The notes under the pieces are model-generated. The model searched no databases. It was not told the origin of the DNA and saw only the letters and a program-made list of their open reading frames with translations. Below, one piece after another: positions 1-12,884 of a stretch of 64,000 nucleotides of DNA. The DNA is from Candidatus Undinarchaeota archaeon (GTDB taxonomy: Archaea; SpSt-1190; JASMDC01), in NCBI GenBank assembly GCA_964519305.1, contig CAZFHY010000014.1, forward strand, positions 32,001 through 96,000, written 5' to 3'. Within the stretch, counting starts at the first letter, position 1; each line of letters starts with the position of its first letter. The position numbers were made by a program, and so were the translations under genes.

Positions 1-1272
1 TACTCACGTACGTCCCTGGGGTATCGGTGTCTGGCTTAGTCCCGTCCATTTTCAGGACCCGCACTCTCAATGAGTGAGCTGTTACGCTGTCTTTAAAGGA
101 TGGCTGCTTCTAAGCCTACCTCCTCACTGTTTTTGAAAGTGGACCCTTTCACCCTTTCACACTTAGCCAGATCTTTGGGACCTTAACCCCAGTCCGGGTT
201 GTTCCCCTCTAGGTTGCCAAGTTTACCCCGGGCAACCCTTCTCCCGCTTTCGGAAGGACACAGGTTCGGAGTTTGACAGCGGGCCGACGCCTTTCGGCAC
301 CTAAACCCCCAATCAGTGCTCTACCCCACGCCCATTCTCAAGCGAGGCTAACCTACGAGTTATTTCGGAAGGAACCAGCTATTACCGCTCACGATTGGCA
401 TTTTACCCCTTACCCCAAGTCACGGGAACGCTCAGGACGCAGTTGCCCTATCAGGCCTCCACGAGCCGTTAGGCCCGCTTCACCTTGCTCAGGGTAAGAT
501 CGAGCGGTTTCGGGTCTATACCGTGTGACTTCTCGCTAGCAAACGATGTCCCTCCCTTGCGGTGCGGACCTATCGGTTTCCCTACGGCTTCCAGGATGAT
601 CCTGTTAACCTTGCCACACGATATAACTCCCCAGCACGTTATTCGAAACGTACCATGCAACCCCACTCAGCCCACCTCGTTACCTTCGGCGGGCGTCATT
701 CTTTCTGGGCTGCATCGGGCTATCACCATTCGGTTTCAGGCACTTTTCAACCCCCGTTACGGGTGCTTTTCAGTTTTCCCTCACGGTACTAGTGCGCTAT
801 CGGTCTCAAGACGTGTTTAGGGTTGGGAGTTGATGCCTCCCACATTCATGCTCAATTTCCAATGAACACTACTCTGGAACCACCACCATCTTTCCTGCTT
901 GCGTCTACGGGGCTTTCACCCTCTTCGACGTCCCGTTCCAGGGAACTTCGACTTAACAGACGAAGACAGTATACGGTGGCCCATACACCACATGTCCACA
1001 CCGTTTCCGATGCGGATTCGGTTTGCCCTTTTCCCTTTTCGATCGCCTCTAATCAGGGAATCGCTATTGCTTTCTCTTCCTCCCCTTACTAAGATGTTTC
1101 AATTCAGGGGGTTAACCTTCCCCGAAGGGAATCCCACGATTTCACGTGGTAGAGATGTCTCATTCGGTAATCCAGGGATCTTAGATTGCCTGCATCTCCC
1201 CCTGGCTTATCGCAGCTTGCCACGACCTTCATCGTCGACTTGAGCCTAGCCATCCTCCGAATGGTTTAGTAT
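1..1272 (-). rRNA. rrl: 23S rRNA, 5' part (continues beyond window start; 5' end approximate)
   Basis: Reverse complements of conserved LSU motifs, e.g. cttttccctcacggtact-like, gagctgttacgc, ggatggctgcttctaagcc, tactaagatgtttcaattc. Confidence 0.97.
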
Positions 1273-1365
1273 TTCTTCCGAACGAATGCATGGCATCATC
1301 ATGACATGTGAGGTCATTACGCCGCCGGCCGCAAGGGGTTACCTTACGGACGGGATCAGGCTTGA

Positions 1366-1454
1366 TGGACCGGGCGGGATTTGAACCCGCGGCCATTGCC
1401 TTTCTTGTGATTTCTCATTGCAAGGGCAACACTCTTCCACTGAGCTACCGGCCC
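1366..1454 (-). tRNA. tRNA-Ala(UGC) with 17-nt canonical 37/38 intron (1402-1418)
   Basis: Revcomp GGGCCGG TA GCTCAGTGGAAGAGT G TTGCC CTTGCA[ATGAGAAATCACAAGAA]A GGCAA TGGCC GCGGG TTCAAAT CCCGC CCGGTCC A; cloverleaf plus bulge-helix-bulge; CCA not encoded. Confidence 0.96.
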
Positions 1455-1509
1455 TCGCGAGTGAAATGAGAGAGGACAATTTGGTGCCCGACTACAAGAG
1501 CCGAGTTCT

Positions 1510-2979
<1,470 letters not shown>

Positions 2980-3216
2980 TAATTGGGCTGCAACGCTTAT
3001 AATTTGAAACTAAAAGGGTGGCAACCTTCCTGTAAAAGGAAGGTATAGCCCTTGTAGTCGGGTTTCACCTATGTCCTCCCTCAGACCCGAAGGATCACTT
3101 CGGGCCCTCATATTATGCCGCACACGGAATTAGCCCCATCCTCGCAAGGGGTTACCCCTTACTCAAAGGCCTCGCCTACGGTGCGGTATCAGGGAGGTCA
3201 ACGGCAGGACATTAAC

Positions 3217-3231
3217 CTTAAATACCTTTCG
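3217..3231 (-). promoter_or_regulatory. rRNA operon promoter (BRE + TATA box)
   Basis: Minus strand CGAAAGG-TATTTAAG about 240 nt upstream of the 16S 5' end. Confidence 0.6.
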
Positions 3232-3456
3232 GTGGGTCGCCGGCGTCCCTTGTTATCGTATATAGAGATTGAATCTCCACCCTTCCATTTATACCTGTGA
3301 ATAGTCGTAACACATTACTATATTTCATAAAATAATCACGACTGAATTGGGGGTCTTACATCCGACGATTCCTCGTCACATGTACCCGGAATGCCACGCC
3401 AGAGCGAGCCCCCGGATTGGTTTGATTAATAAAGATTACATCCCTTCATCCCATTC

Positions 3457-4728
3457 ATGATGGAGAATCTCGGCATCAAGGTCGTGTTCGATAACTCTCA
3501 TGGGGAGATCGTGGGGGTGCTGTCCTTCGCCAAGGAGGATTACTCCACCCTAGCAAGCATCTTCCAGCTCTTCGGATGCAGGCTTGATGTCATTATGGAC
3601 CGCATCAGCAATCAGCACCTGGCTGGCAGCCAGGTCCTCATAGTCCCTGTTCCTACAAAGCAGTTCCAGCAGGACGAGGTCCTTGCGATCAAGCAGTTCG
3701 TCGAGGGCGGAGGTGGCCTCCTGCTCATCGGTGAGTACGGTGGTTACGCCAACAATGACACATATCTTAACCAGCTGGGACAGTTGTTCGGCATCCAGTT
3801 CAACCGGGACGTCATCTGCGACAGCCAGGCACGTCTTACGAACGCTGCCGCGGACCCAAAGAAGGCTATGGTCTGTCCGATCGTCGACGGCATAGCGCAG
3901 CACCCCGCTCTGGAAGGTGTAACGAAGCTCCGACTCGAACTGTCCTGTTCGGTGACCGCGGGCGGTAGTGCCATTCCACTGGCGTGGGCCGGTAACTACT
4001 CATTCGCGGACCGCGACTTCAATTACCTGGCCGATACTTACGAGCAGCGTGGCAACGTGATATTCCTTGCCGCTACCCAGGCCGGTGCAGGTCGTGTGGT
4101 CTGCATGGGCGACTCTTCGCTCCTCTCGAACGAGAACCTACTGGACCCGAACCACAGCAAGCTCGGACTGAACCTCATCCGCTGGCTCGCAGGGATCGCG
4201 CAGGGCGCAGCCCCTGGTGTCGGTGCCATGCCGGCAGCCGCTCCTGCTATGGGTGGGCCGGGGCCGATCCCCAGTATGCCCTCCGCGCCTCCAGCCGCTC
4301 CGCCGGTCACAGCGCCTGCGGGACCTCCGGGCTTCGCTCCTCCGGTCGTAGCACCTCCTCCTACTGCTCCACCTGGTCCGCCATCTGCGGCACCGCCCGG
4401 TTTCGGTCCTCCGACCGCCGCACCACCACCTCCTACTGCTCCACCTGGTCCGCCATCTGCGGCACCGCCCGGTTTCGGTCCTCCTGTGGGAGCACCTCCA
4501 TCGCCCTTACCGGATCTCGCGCCTCCCGGTATACCACCCGGAGCGCCTCCCGGTATACCTCCTGGGGCACCCCCTGGCGCACCTCCCGGTTCGCCCGGTG
4601 CAGCGGGGCCTTTTGGTCCTCCACCTTCTATAGGAGGGCCGGCCGTTACGGGCGCTCCCGAAGCAAGCCCACCTAAGGACAAACCCAGGATACCGCCACC
4701 ACCACCTCCTCCTCCCCGGAAGAGCTAG
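3457..4728 (+). CDS. GldG/DUF4350/IFT52-like (GIFT-type) domain protein with long proline-rich C-terminal tail
   Basis: VVFDNSHGE, FVEGGGGLLLIGE, LNQLGQLFGIQF, GAGRVVCMGDSSLLSN motifs; about 175 aa P/G/A-rich tail; no signal peptide seen. Confidence 0.75.
   Translation: MMENLGIKVVFDNSHGEIVGVLSFAKEDYSTLASIFQLFGCRLDVIMDRISNQHLAGSQVLIVPVPTKQFQQDEVLAIKQFVEGGGGLLLIGEYGGYANNDTYLNQLGQLFGIQFNRDVICDSQARLTNAAADPKKAMVCPIVDGIAQHPALEGVTKLRLELSCSVTAGGSAIPLAWAGNYSFADRDFNYLADTYEQRGNVIFLAATQAGAGRVVCMGDSSLLSNENLLDPNHSKLGLNLIRWLAGIAQGAAPGVGAMPAAAPAMGGPGPIPSMPSAPPAAPPVTAPAGPPGFAPPVVAPPPTAPPGPPSAAPPGFGPPTAAPPPPTAPPGPPSAAPPGFGPPVGAPPSPLPDLAPPGIPPGAPPGIPPGAPPGAPPGSPGAAGPFGPPPSIGGPAVTGAPEASPPKDKPRIPPPPPPPPRKS
4357..4484 (+). 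repeat. Perfect 56-nt direct repeat (4357-4412 / 4429-4484) inside the Pro-rich tail
   Basis: cctcctactgctccacctggtccgccatctgcggcaccgcccggtttcggtcctcc occurs twice with a 72-nt period. Confidence 0.9.
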
Positions 4729-5006
4729 TGACGACGTAATCGTCCCGGACCCTGTCTCCCTCGGGGAGATGGTGTTCTGAACTCAGGTTGATCGATAGAC
4801 CCAAGTCTGACCTTTGTTTACCCGTTAATAGAAACATGTCCCGCGCCACTGTCACGCGTTATCATGACACGCGTGTGCCAGTATGCCACGGAAAAGCTCA
4901 AATCTTCCGTTATTTCTCGAAATAAGCCGAAATATTCCGAGAATCCCGTTTTAACCTTTAAATATATATATAGTCCATGGGGGCGCACGCAAGGACTGTG
5001 GCGTAT

Positions 5007-6926
5007 ATGGGACTTCCTCTAGCGCGAAAGATACTCGAAGAGCACATCGTCGAGGGCAAGTACGTCATCGGCGAGGAGATCGGCATCAAGGTAGATCGGA
5101 CCCTCACCCAGGACGCGACGGGTACCATGGCGTACCTGCAGTTCGAGGCTCTGGGCATACCACGTGTCAAGACGGAGCTGTCGGTGAGCATCATCGACCA
5201 CAACACGCTTCAGAACGACTTCAGGAATGCTGATGACCATAAGTACCTGCAGAGCGTGGCGGCCAAGTATGGCATCAAGCTCTCAAAGGCCGGGAACGGC
5301 ATCTGCCACCAGGTACACCTTGAGCGGTTCGCCAAGACCGGACGCACGCTCATTGGTTCCGACAGCCACACACCTACCGCAGGTGGGGTGGGTATGATCG
5401 CCATCGGTGCGGGCGGTCTCGACGTGGCCGTCGCCATGGGTGGCGCTCCCTTCTATATGAAGGCGCCTAAGATAATGGGCATCAAGCTCACTGGCGAGCT
5501 CCAGCCCTTCGTATCGGGTAAGGACGTCATCCTCGAAGTGCTGCGCCGTATCGATGTCAAGGGAGGCGTGGGCTACATCCTAGAATACTTCGGACCCGGG
5601 GTAAAGTCGCTCGACGTGCCCTCGCGTGCGACCATCACAAATATGGGTGCCGAGACCGGGGCTACTACTTCCATATTCCCTTCCGACGATGTGACGCGGG
5701 AGTTCTTCAAGCAGCAGGGTAGGGAGGGCGAGTGGTTCCCGCTGGGCGCGGACCCTGACGCCGAGTACGATGAGGTCATGGAGATCGACCTATCCGCTGT
5801 CGAGCCATTGGCCGCGTGCCCACACAGCCCTGGCAAAGTGGTGCCTGTCACCGAGCTCGCCGGGATGAACGTGGACCAGGTCGCAATCGGCTCATGTACC
5901 AACTCCTCCTACCGCGATCTCATGACCGTCGCGGGGATGCTTAAGGGAAAGAAGGTCGATCCGACGACCTCTCTCAGCATCTCCCCTGGCTCCCGCCAGG
6001 TCCTCGTGACCCTGTCGCGTAACGGTACGATGGCCGACATCGTAGAGTCCGGCGCTCGTATCCTCGAGTGCACCTGTGGTCCCTGCATCGGCATGGGCCA
6101 GGCCCCGTCGACCGACGGCATCCGCGTGTGCACGTTCAACCGTAACTTCTTCGGTCGTACCGGGACCAAGTCAGCGAGCGGTTATCTGGTGAGCCCCGAG
6201 ACCGCTGCTGCTACGGCCATCAATGGTGTGATGACTGATCCTCGCACAATGGGCGAGCTCCCGACGTTCGACTACCCGGAGCTGTTCCCCATCGACGATT
6301 CGATGGTGCTCGAGCCATCCGACGATCCGGACAGCGTGGAGATCATCCGCGGGCCGAACATCAAATCCCTTCCAAAGAAGGATCCCCTGCCCGGCGTGCT
6401 CGATGGCAAGGTCCTCATCAAACTGGAGGACAACATCACTACCGACCACATAATGCCCGCAGGTTCCAAGATCCTGCCTCTGCGCAGCAACGTGCCCGAG
6501 ATATCCAAGTACGTGTTCGAGCAGATCGATCCGGACTTCCACGCGCGTGCCCTTGAGATGGGCGGCGGATTCATCATCGGTGGGGGGAACTACGGTCAAG
6601 GATCGTCCCGCGAGCACGCAGCGCTCGCACCGATGTACCTGGGCGTTAAGGGCGTGATCGTCAAGTCGTTCGCACGCATTCACCTGGCGAACCTGATCAA
6701 CTTCGGGATCATCCCGCTGGAGTTCGTAGATGCCGCGGACTATGACGCCATAGAACCTGGCGATATCCTGTCCATCGATGTTAGCGACCTTAGTGGCGAT
6801 CTTGTCCTGAAGAACACGACCAAGGGTAAGGAAATCCCCGTGCGCCACCACATGAGCGAGCGGGACAGAGCCATCCTCAAGGCCGGCGGAAAGCTGCCGT
6901 TCACCGCACAGGGGGGGGTGGCCTGA
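5007..6926 (+). CDS. Aconitate hydratase (short ~640 aa type)
   Basis: TQDATGT, DH, GICHQ, DSHT, GSCTN, CGPCIG, NRNF, TTDHI, GSSREHA; ATG 5007 preferred to 4977 (TATA at ~4957-4972). Confidence 0.93.
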   Translation: MGLPLARKILEEHIVEGKYVIGEEIGIKVDRTLTQDATGTMAYLQFEALGIPRVKTELSVSIIDHNTLQNDFRNADDHKYLQSVAAKYGIKLSKAGNGICHQVHLERFAKTGRTLIGSDSHTPTAGGVGMIAIGAGGLDVAVAMGGAPFYMKAPKIMGIKLTGELQPFVSGKDVILEVLRRIDVKGGVGYILEYFGPGVKSLDVPSRATITNMGAETGATTSIFPSDDVTREFFKQQGREGEWFPLGADPDAEYDEVMEIDLSAVEPLAACPHSPGKVVPVTELAGMNVDQVAIGSCTNSSYRDLMTVAGMLKGKKVDPTTSLSISPGSRQVLVTLSRNGTMADIVESGARILECTCGPCIGMGQAPSTDGIRVCTFNRNFFGRTGTKSASGYLVSPETAAATAINGVMTDPRTMGELPTFDYPELFPIDDSMVLEPSDDPDSVEIIRGPNIKSLPKKDPLPGVLDGKVLIKLEDNITTDHIMPAGSKILPLRSNVPEISKYVFEQIDPDFHARALEMGGGFIIGGGNYGQGSSREHAALAPMYLGVKGVIVKSFARIHLANLINFGIIPLEFVDAADYDAIEPGDILSIDVSDLSGDLVLKNTTKGKEIPVRHHMSERDRAILKAGGKLPFTAQGGVA

Positions 6927-8191
6927 TGGCGCAGCGAGCTATTCGCGAGGTCGACGCCCGACGGCTCCTGGCTGCCCATCTCGGAGGAGGGTTCCCCTTC
7001 CCGGACAAGGCTGTCCAGGTCACGGCCGAGACCGACTGGGACAAGCTGGCCAAAGACCATCCCTGGCTCGACTCCGAGAAGCTCGTGTGCAAGCCGGACC
7101 AGCTCTTCGGCAAGCGCGGGAAGCACAACCTCATCCTTCTGGACGCTACACTCGCCGAGCTCAAAGCTTGGGTGAATGAGCGATTGGGCACAGAGGTCAC
7201 CATCGGCAAGGCGCCTGGGGTGCTGACCCACTTCCTCATCGTGCCCTTCACGCCGCACGACGGGGAGATGGAGTACTACGCGGCCATCAAGAGCGAGCGG
7301 GATGGCGATGTCATACTTGTCTCCCCCAAGGGGGGCATCTTCGTGGAAGAGCATTGGGACCAGGTCGAGCAGACCCACGTACCTATCGATGCCGATATCG
7401 GCTCACTCGAAATAGGCATGCCCTCGGGCATCCCTGCCGAACATCACGAGCAGGTGACCGGGTTCATCAGAGCGCTCTACAAGTTCTACGCGGACCTGCA
7501 ACTGGCGTTCTTGGAGCTCAATCCCTACACTCTGGTCGATGGCGTACCCATCGCGCTGGACATGCGCATCAAGCTCGACGACACCGCTGCCTTCGAGGCA
7601 GGGCGCAAGTGGGGGGACATCGAGTTCCCCGTGCCCTTCGGCCGGACCACCTCTGCAGAGGAGTCCTACATCAAGGAGATGGACGAGAAGAGCGGTGCAT
7701 CGCTCAAGCTTACCCTGCTCAACACCAAGGGTCGCGTGTGGACCATGGTGGCTGGCGGTGGAGCGTCCGTCATCTATGCTGACACGATCTCGGACCTCGG
7801 TTACGGGAAGGAGATGGCCAATTATGGCGAATACTCCGGTAATCCCAAGACCGATGAGACCTACGAGTACGCCAAGACCATCCTCGACCTCATGACCCGG
7901 GAGAAGGATCCTGAGGGCAGGGATAAGGTCCTCCTCATCGGCGGCGGTATCGCCAACTTCACCGACGTGGCAAAGACCTTCACCGGTATCATCAAGGCGC
8001 TCAAGGAGTACGCACCCAAGCTCAAGGAGACGGGTGTTCGCATCTACGTCAGGCGCGGCGGCCCGAACTACCGCTATGGGCTCAAGCTCATGCGCGAGCT
8101 CGGTCAGGAGATGGGAGTGCCCATTGAGGTGTACGGTCCCGAGACCCACATGACACGCATCGTGTCCATGGCACTTGGAGGTGAGCAATAA
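6926..8191 (+). CDS. aclB: ATP-citrate lyase subunit B (ATP-grasp + citrate-binding domain)
   Basis: AIREVDA, KPDQLFGKRGK, WTMVAGGGASVIYAD, NYGEYSG, GGGIANFTDVA, RRGGPN. Confidence 0.95.
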   Translation: MAQRAIREVDARRLLAAHLGGGFPFPDKAVQVTAETDWDKLAKDHPWLDSEKLVCKPDQLFGKRGKHNLILLDATLAELKAWVNERLGTEVTIGKAPGVLTHFLIVPFTPHDGEMEYYAAIKSERDGDVILVSPKGGIFVEEHWDQVEQTHVPIDADIGSLEIGMPSGIPAEHHEQVTGFIRALYKFYADLQLAFLELNPYTLVDGVPIALDMRIKLDDTAAFEAGRKWGDIEFPVPFGRTTSAEESYIKEMDEKSGASLKLTLLNTKGRVWTMVAGGGASVIYADTISDLGYGKEMANYGEYSGNPKTDETYEYAKTILDLMTREKDPEGRDKVLLIGGGIANFTDVAKTFTGIIKALKEYAPKLKETGVRIYVRRGGPNYRYGLKLMRELGQEMGVPIEVYGPETHMTRIVSMALGGEQ

Positions 8192-10020
8192 TGGCGAAGG
8201 ATTACGACCTCTTCCACCCCGACACCGTGAGCGTGGTGTACGGCATGCAGACCAACGCGGTCCAGCGCATGCTGGACTTCGACGCGGTGTGCGGACGCAA
8301 GCGGCCGTCGGTGGCCTGCATGGTCAACCCCGGCAGGACGACGACGCACAAGGCGTTCTTCGGCGAGAAGGAGATCCTCATCCCCGTCTACCCTGACGTG
8401 GCGACCGCGTGCGCGGCCCACACCGACGTGGACGTGATGGTGAACTTCGCCTCGTTCAGGTCGGCGTACGCCGCGACCAAGGAGGCCTTCGAACAGGACC
8501 AGCTCCGGACGGTGGTCATCATCGCAGAAGGCGTTCCAGAACGTCGCATCCGCGAGCTCACAGCTGACGCGAGAAAGCTGGGCAAGGTCATCATCGGCCC
8601 CGCCACGGTGGGCGGGATGGTGGCCGGTGCCTTCAAGATCGGCAACACGGCCGGTACGATCGACAACATCATCGCATCCAAGCTCTACAGGCCAGGATGC
8701 GTGGGCTTCGTATCCAAGTCGGGCGGGATGTCCAACGAGATGTACAACATCATAGCCCGCAATACCAATGGTCTATACGAGGGTGAGGCCATCGGCGGAG
8801 ACGCCTATCCTGGTTCGACGCTGCTGGAGCACCTTCTTCGGTACGAAAAGAACCCGAAGATCAAGATGCTGGTGTGTCTGGGCGAGGTCGGCGGGACCGA
8901 CGAGTACGACATAGTGGAGGCTGTCAAGGAGGGTAAGCTCACCAAGCCCCTCGTGATGTGGGTGACCGGTACCTGCGCCAAGGTGTTCCCTACGAGCGTC
9001 CAGTTCGGACATGCAGGGGCCAAGGCGGACTCCGATGCCGAGACCGCCGATGCCAAGAACGAGGCCCTCAAGGCCGCCGGTGTCATCGTACCCCACAGCT
9101 TCGACGACTTCAACGAGAAGATCAAGGAGACCTTTGAGGACCTCATCCGCAAGGGAGAGGTCATCGAGGCGCCCGAGGAGGAACCGCCCTCCCCGCCCAT
9201 GGATTACGCCATGGCCGTAAAGATGGGCAAGGTCCGGAAGCCGACCAGCTTCATCTCGACGATTGCTGACGACCGGGGCGAGGAGCTGACGTACAACCAC
9301 GTGCTCATCAGTGATATCGTCAAGGACCAGCGTGGAATCGGTCACGTCCTCGGTCACCTGTGGTTCAAGAAGGACCTGCCTCCGTGGGCGACACAGTTCA
9401 TAGAGATCGTCCTGAAGCTCACGGCCGACCACGGCCCCTGCGTGTCCGGTGCCCACAACGCTATCGTGACGTCGCGGGCGGGCAAGGACCTGATATCGTC
9501 GCTGGTGTCAGGGCTGCTGGCCATCGGACCGAGGTTCGGCGGCGCAATCGACGGCGCGGCCAAGCACTTCACCGAGGCCTTCGACCGGGGATTGGGACCG
9601 CACGAGTTCGTGGGTGACATGAAGAAACGGAACATCCGTATCCCCGGGATCGGCCACCGCGTGAAGTCGGTGCAGAACCCGGACATGCGCGTCACCCTGC
9701 TCCAGGAGTTCGCGCACAAGAACTTCCCCAAGACCGAACTGCTCGACTACGCCCTCGAGGTGGAGAAGGTCACCACGGCCAAGAAGAACAACCTCATCCT
9801 GAACGTGGACGGATGCATCGGCATCCTGTTCGTGGACATGATGAGGAGCCTGCCCGACCTCTTCACCAAGGAGGATATCAAGGAGGTCCTCGCGTTGGGG
9901 TACCTCAACGGGCTGTTCGTCCTGGGCCGCTCCATCGGGTTCATCGGCCATGTCATGGACCAGAAGCGGCTGAAGGCAGGGCTCTACCGGCACCCGTGGG
10001 ACGACGTGCTATACCTGTAG
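8191..10020 (+). CDS. aclA: ATP-citrate lyase subunit A (CoA-binding, phospho-His ligase, citrate-synthase-like domain)
   Basis: NFASFRSA, IGPATVGG, SKSGGMSNE, QFGHAGA, ADHGPCVSGAHN, PGIGHRVKS, LNVDG. Confidence 0.95.
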   Translation: MAKDYDLFHPDTVSVVYGMQTNAVQRMLDFDAVCGRKRPSVACMVNPGRTTTHKAFFGEKEILIPVYPDVATACAAHTDVDVMVNFASFRSAYAATKEAFEQDQLRTVVIIAEGVPERRIRELTADARKLGKVIIGPATVGGMVAGAFKIGNTAGTIDNIIASKLYRPGCVGFVSKSGGMSNEMYNIIARNTNGLYEGEAIGGDAYPGSTLLEHLLRYEKNPKIKMLVCLGEVGGTDEYDIVEAVKEGKLTKPLVMWVTGTCAKVFPTSVQFGHAGAKADSDAETADAKNEALKAAGVIVPHSFDDFNEKIKETFEDLIRKGEVIEAPEEEPPSPPMDYAMAVKMGKVRKPTSFISTIADDRGEELTYNHVLISDIVKDQRGIGHVLGHLWFKKDLPPWATQFIEIVLKLTADHGPCVSGAHNAIVTSRAGKDLISSLVSGLLAIGPRFGGAIDGAAKHFTEAFDRGLGPHEFVGDMKKRNIRIPGIGHRVKSVQNPDMRVTLLQEFAHKNFPKTELLDYALEVEKVTTAKKNNLILNVDGCIGILFVDMMRSLPDLFTKEDIKEVLALGYLNGLFVLGRSIGFIGHVMDQKRLKAGLYRHPWDDVLYL

Positions 10021-10065
10021 GTGATTGAGAACGACATCAGACCTAATGCGACATTGTCAAGTTAA

Positions 10066-12309
<2,244 letters not shown>

Positions 12310-12344
12310 AACTGAAGAAAGGGGCAAACGGACGGGATACGAAA

Positions 12345-12370
12345 GGGCGGCGTCCGGGGGGGCGTCGCCC
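12345..12370. terminator. GC-rich hairpin downstream of icd
   Basis: GGGCGGCGTCC pairs with GGGCGTCGCCC. Confidence 0.45.
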
Positions 12371-12419
12371 GACACCCTTCATAGTAGATATAAAACTGCA
12401 CGCCCGTCACCATGATGCC

Positions 12420-12827
12420 ATGGACGCAGACAGGTACCGTAACGACTACGGTAACAACGTCGCTGTTATCGGTGCATCGTCCAAGCGGGACCGTTACTCC
12501 AACAAGGCAGTCAGAGCGCTGGTGGAGGCAGGCTACAACGTCTTTCCCATACACCCGAAAGAGACAGAGATCGAGGGACTCCGGGTCTTTCCCGACATCA
12601 AGTCGGTCAATGGTGATATTGACCTGGTCTCCATCTACCTCAATCCCCAGGTCGTGCTCCGGTCCGGACTAGTTGGGCAGTTGGAGGGGCGAGGGATCAA
12701 GGCCGCTATTCTGAATCCAGGGACACAGGATCCCGCTCTGATCAAAGAGCTCGAGGGCAGCAGTATCATCGTGCTCCAAGAGTGCACTCTCGTCAATGGG
12801 CTCGGCCGGAGCCCTTCAGAATTCTGA
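12420..12827 (+). CDS. CoA-binding protein (YccU-like)
   Basis: VAVIGASSKRDRYS...VFPIHP...IDLVSIYL...NPG...CTLV; TATA gatataaaa about 25 nt upstream. Confidence 0.88.
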   Translation: MDADRYRNDYGNNVAVIGASSKRDRYSNKAVRALVEAGYNVFPIHPKETEIEGLRVFPDIKSVNGDIDLVSIYLNPQVVLRSGLVGQLEGRGIKAAILNPGTQDPALIKELEGSSIIVLQECTLVNGLGRSPSEF

Positions 12828-12884
12828 TATCGATCCCGGCCTGAACCGCTACCTATATATACACCCTGCGGGCGCCGGCGATGT

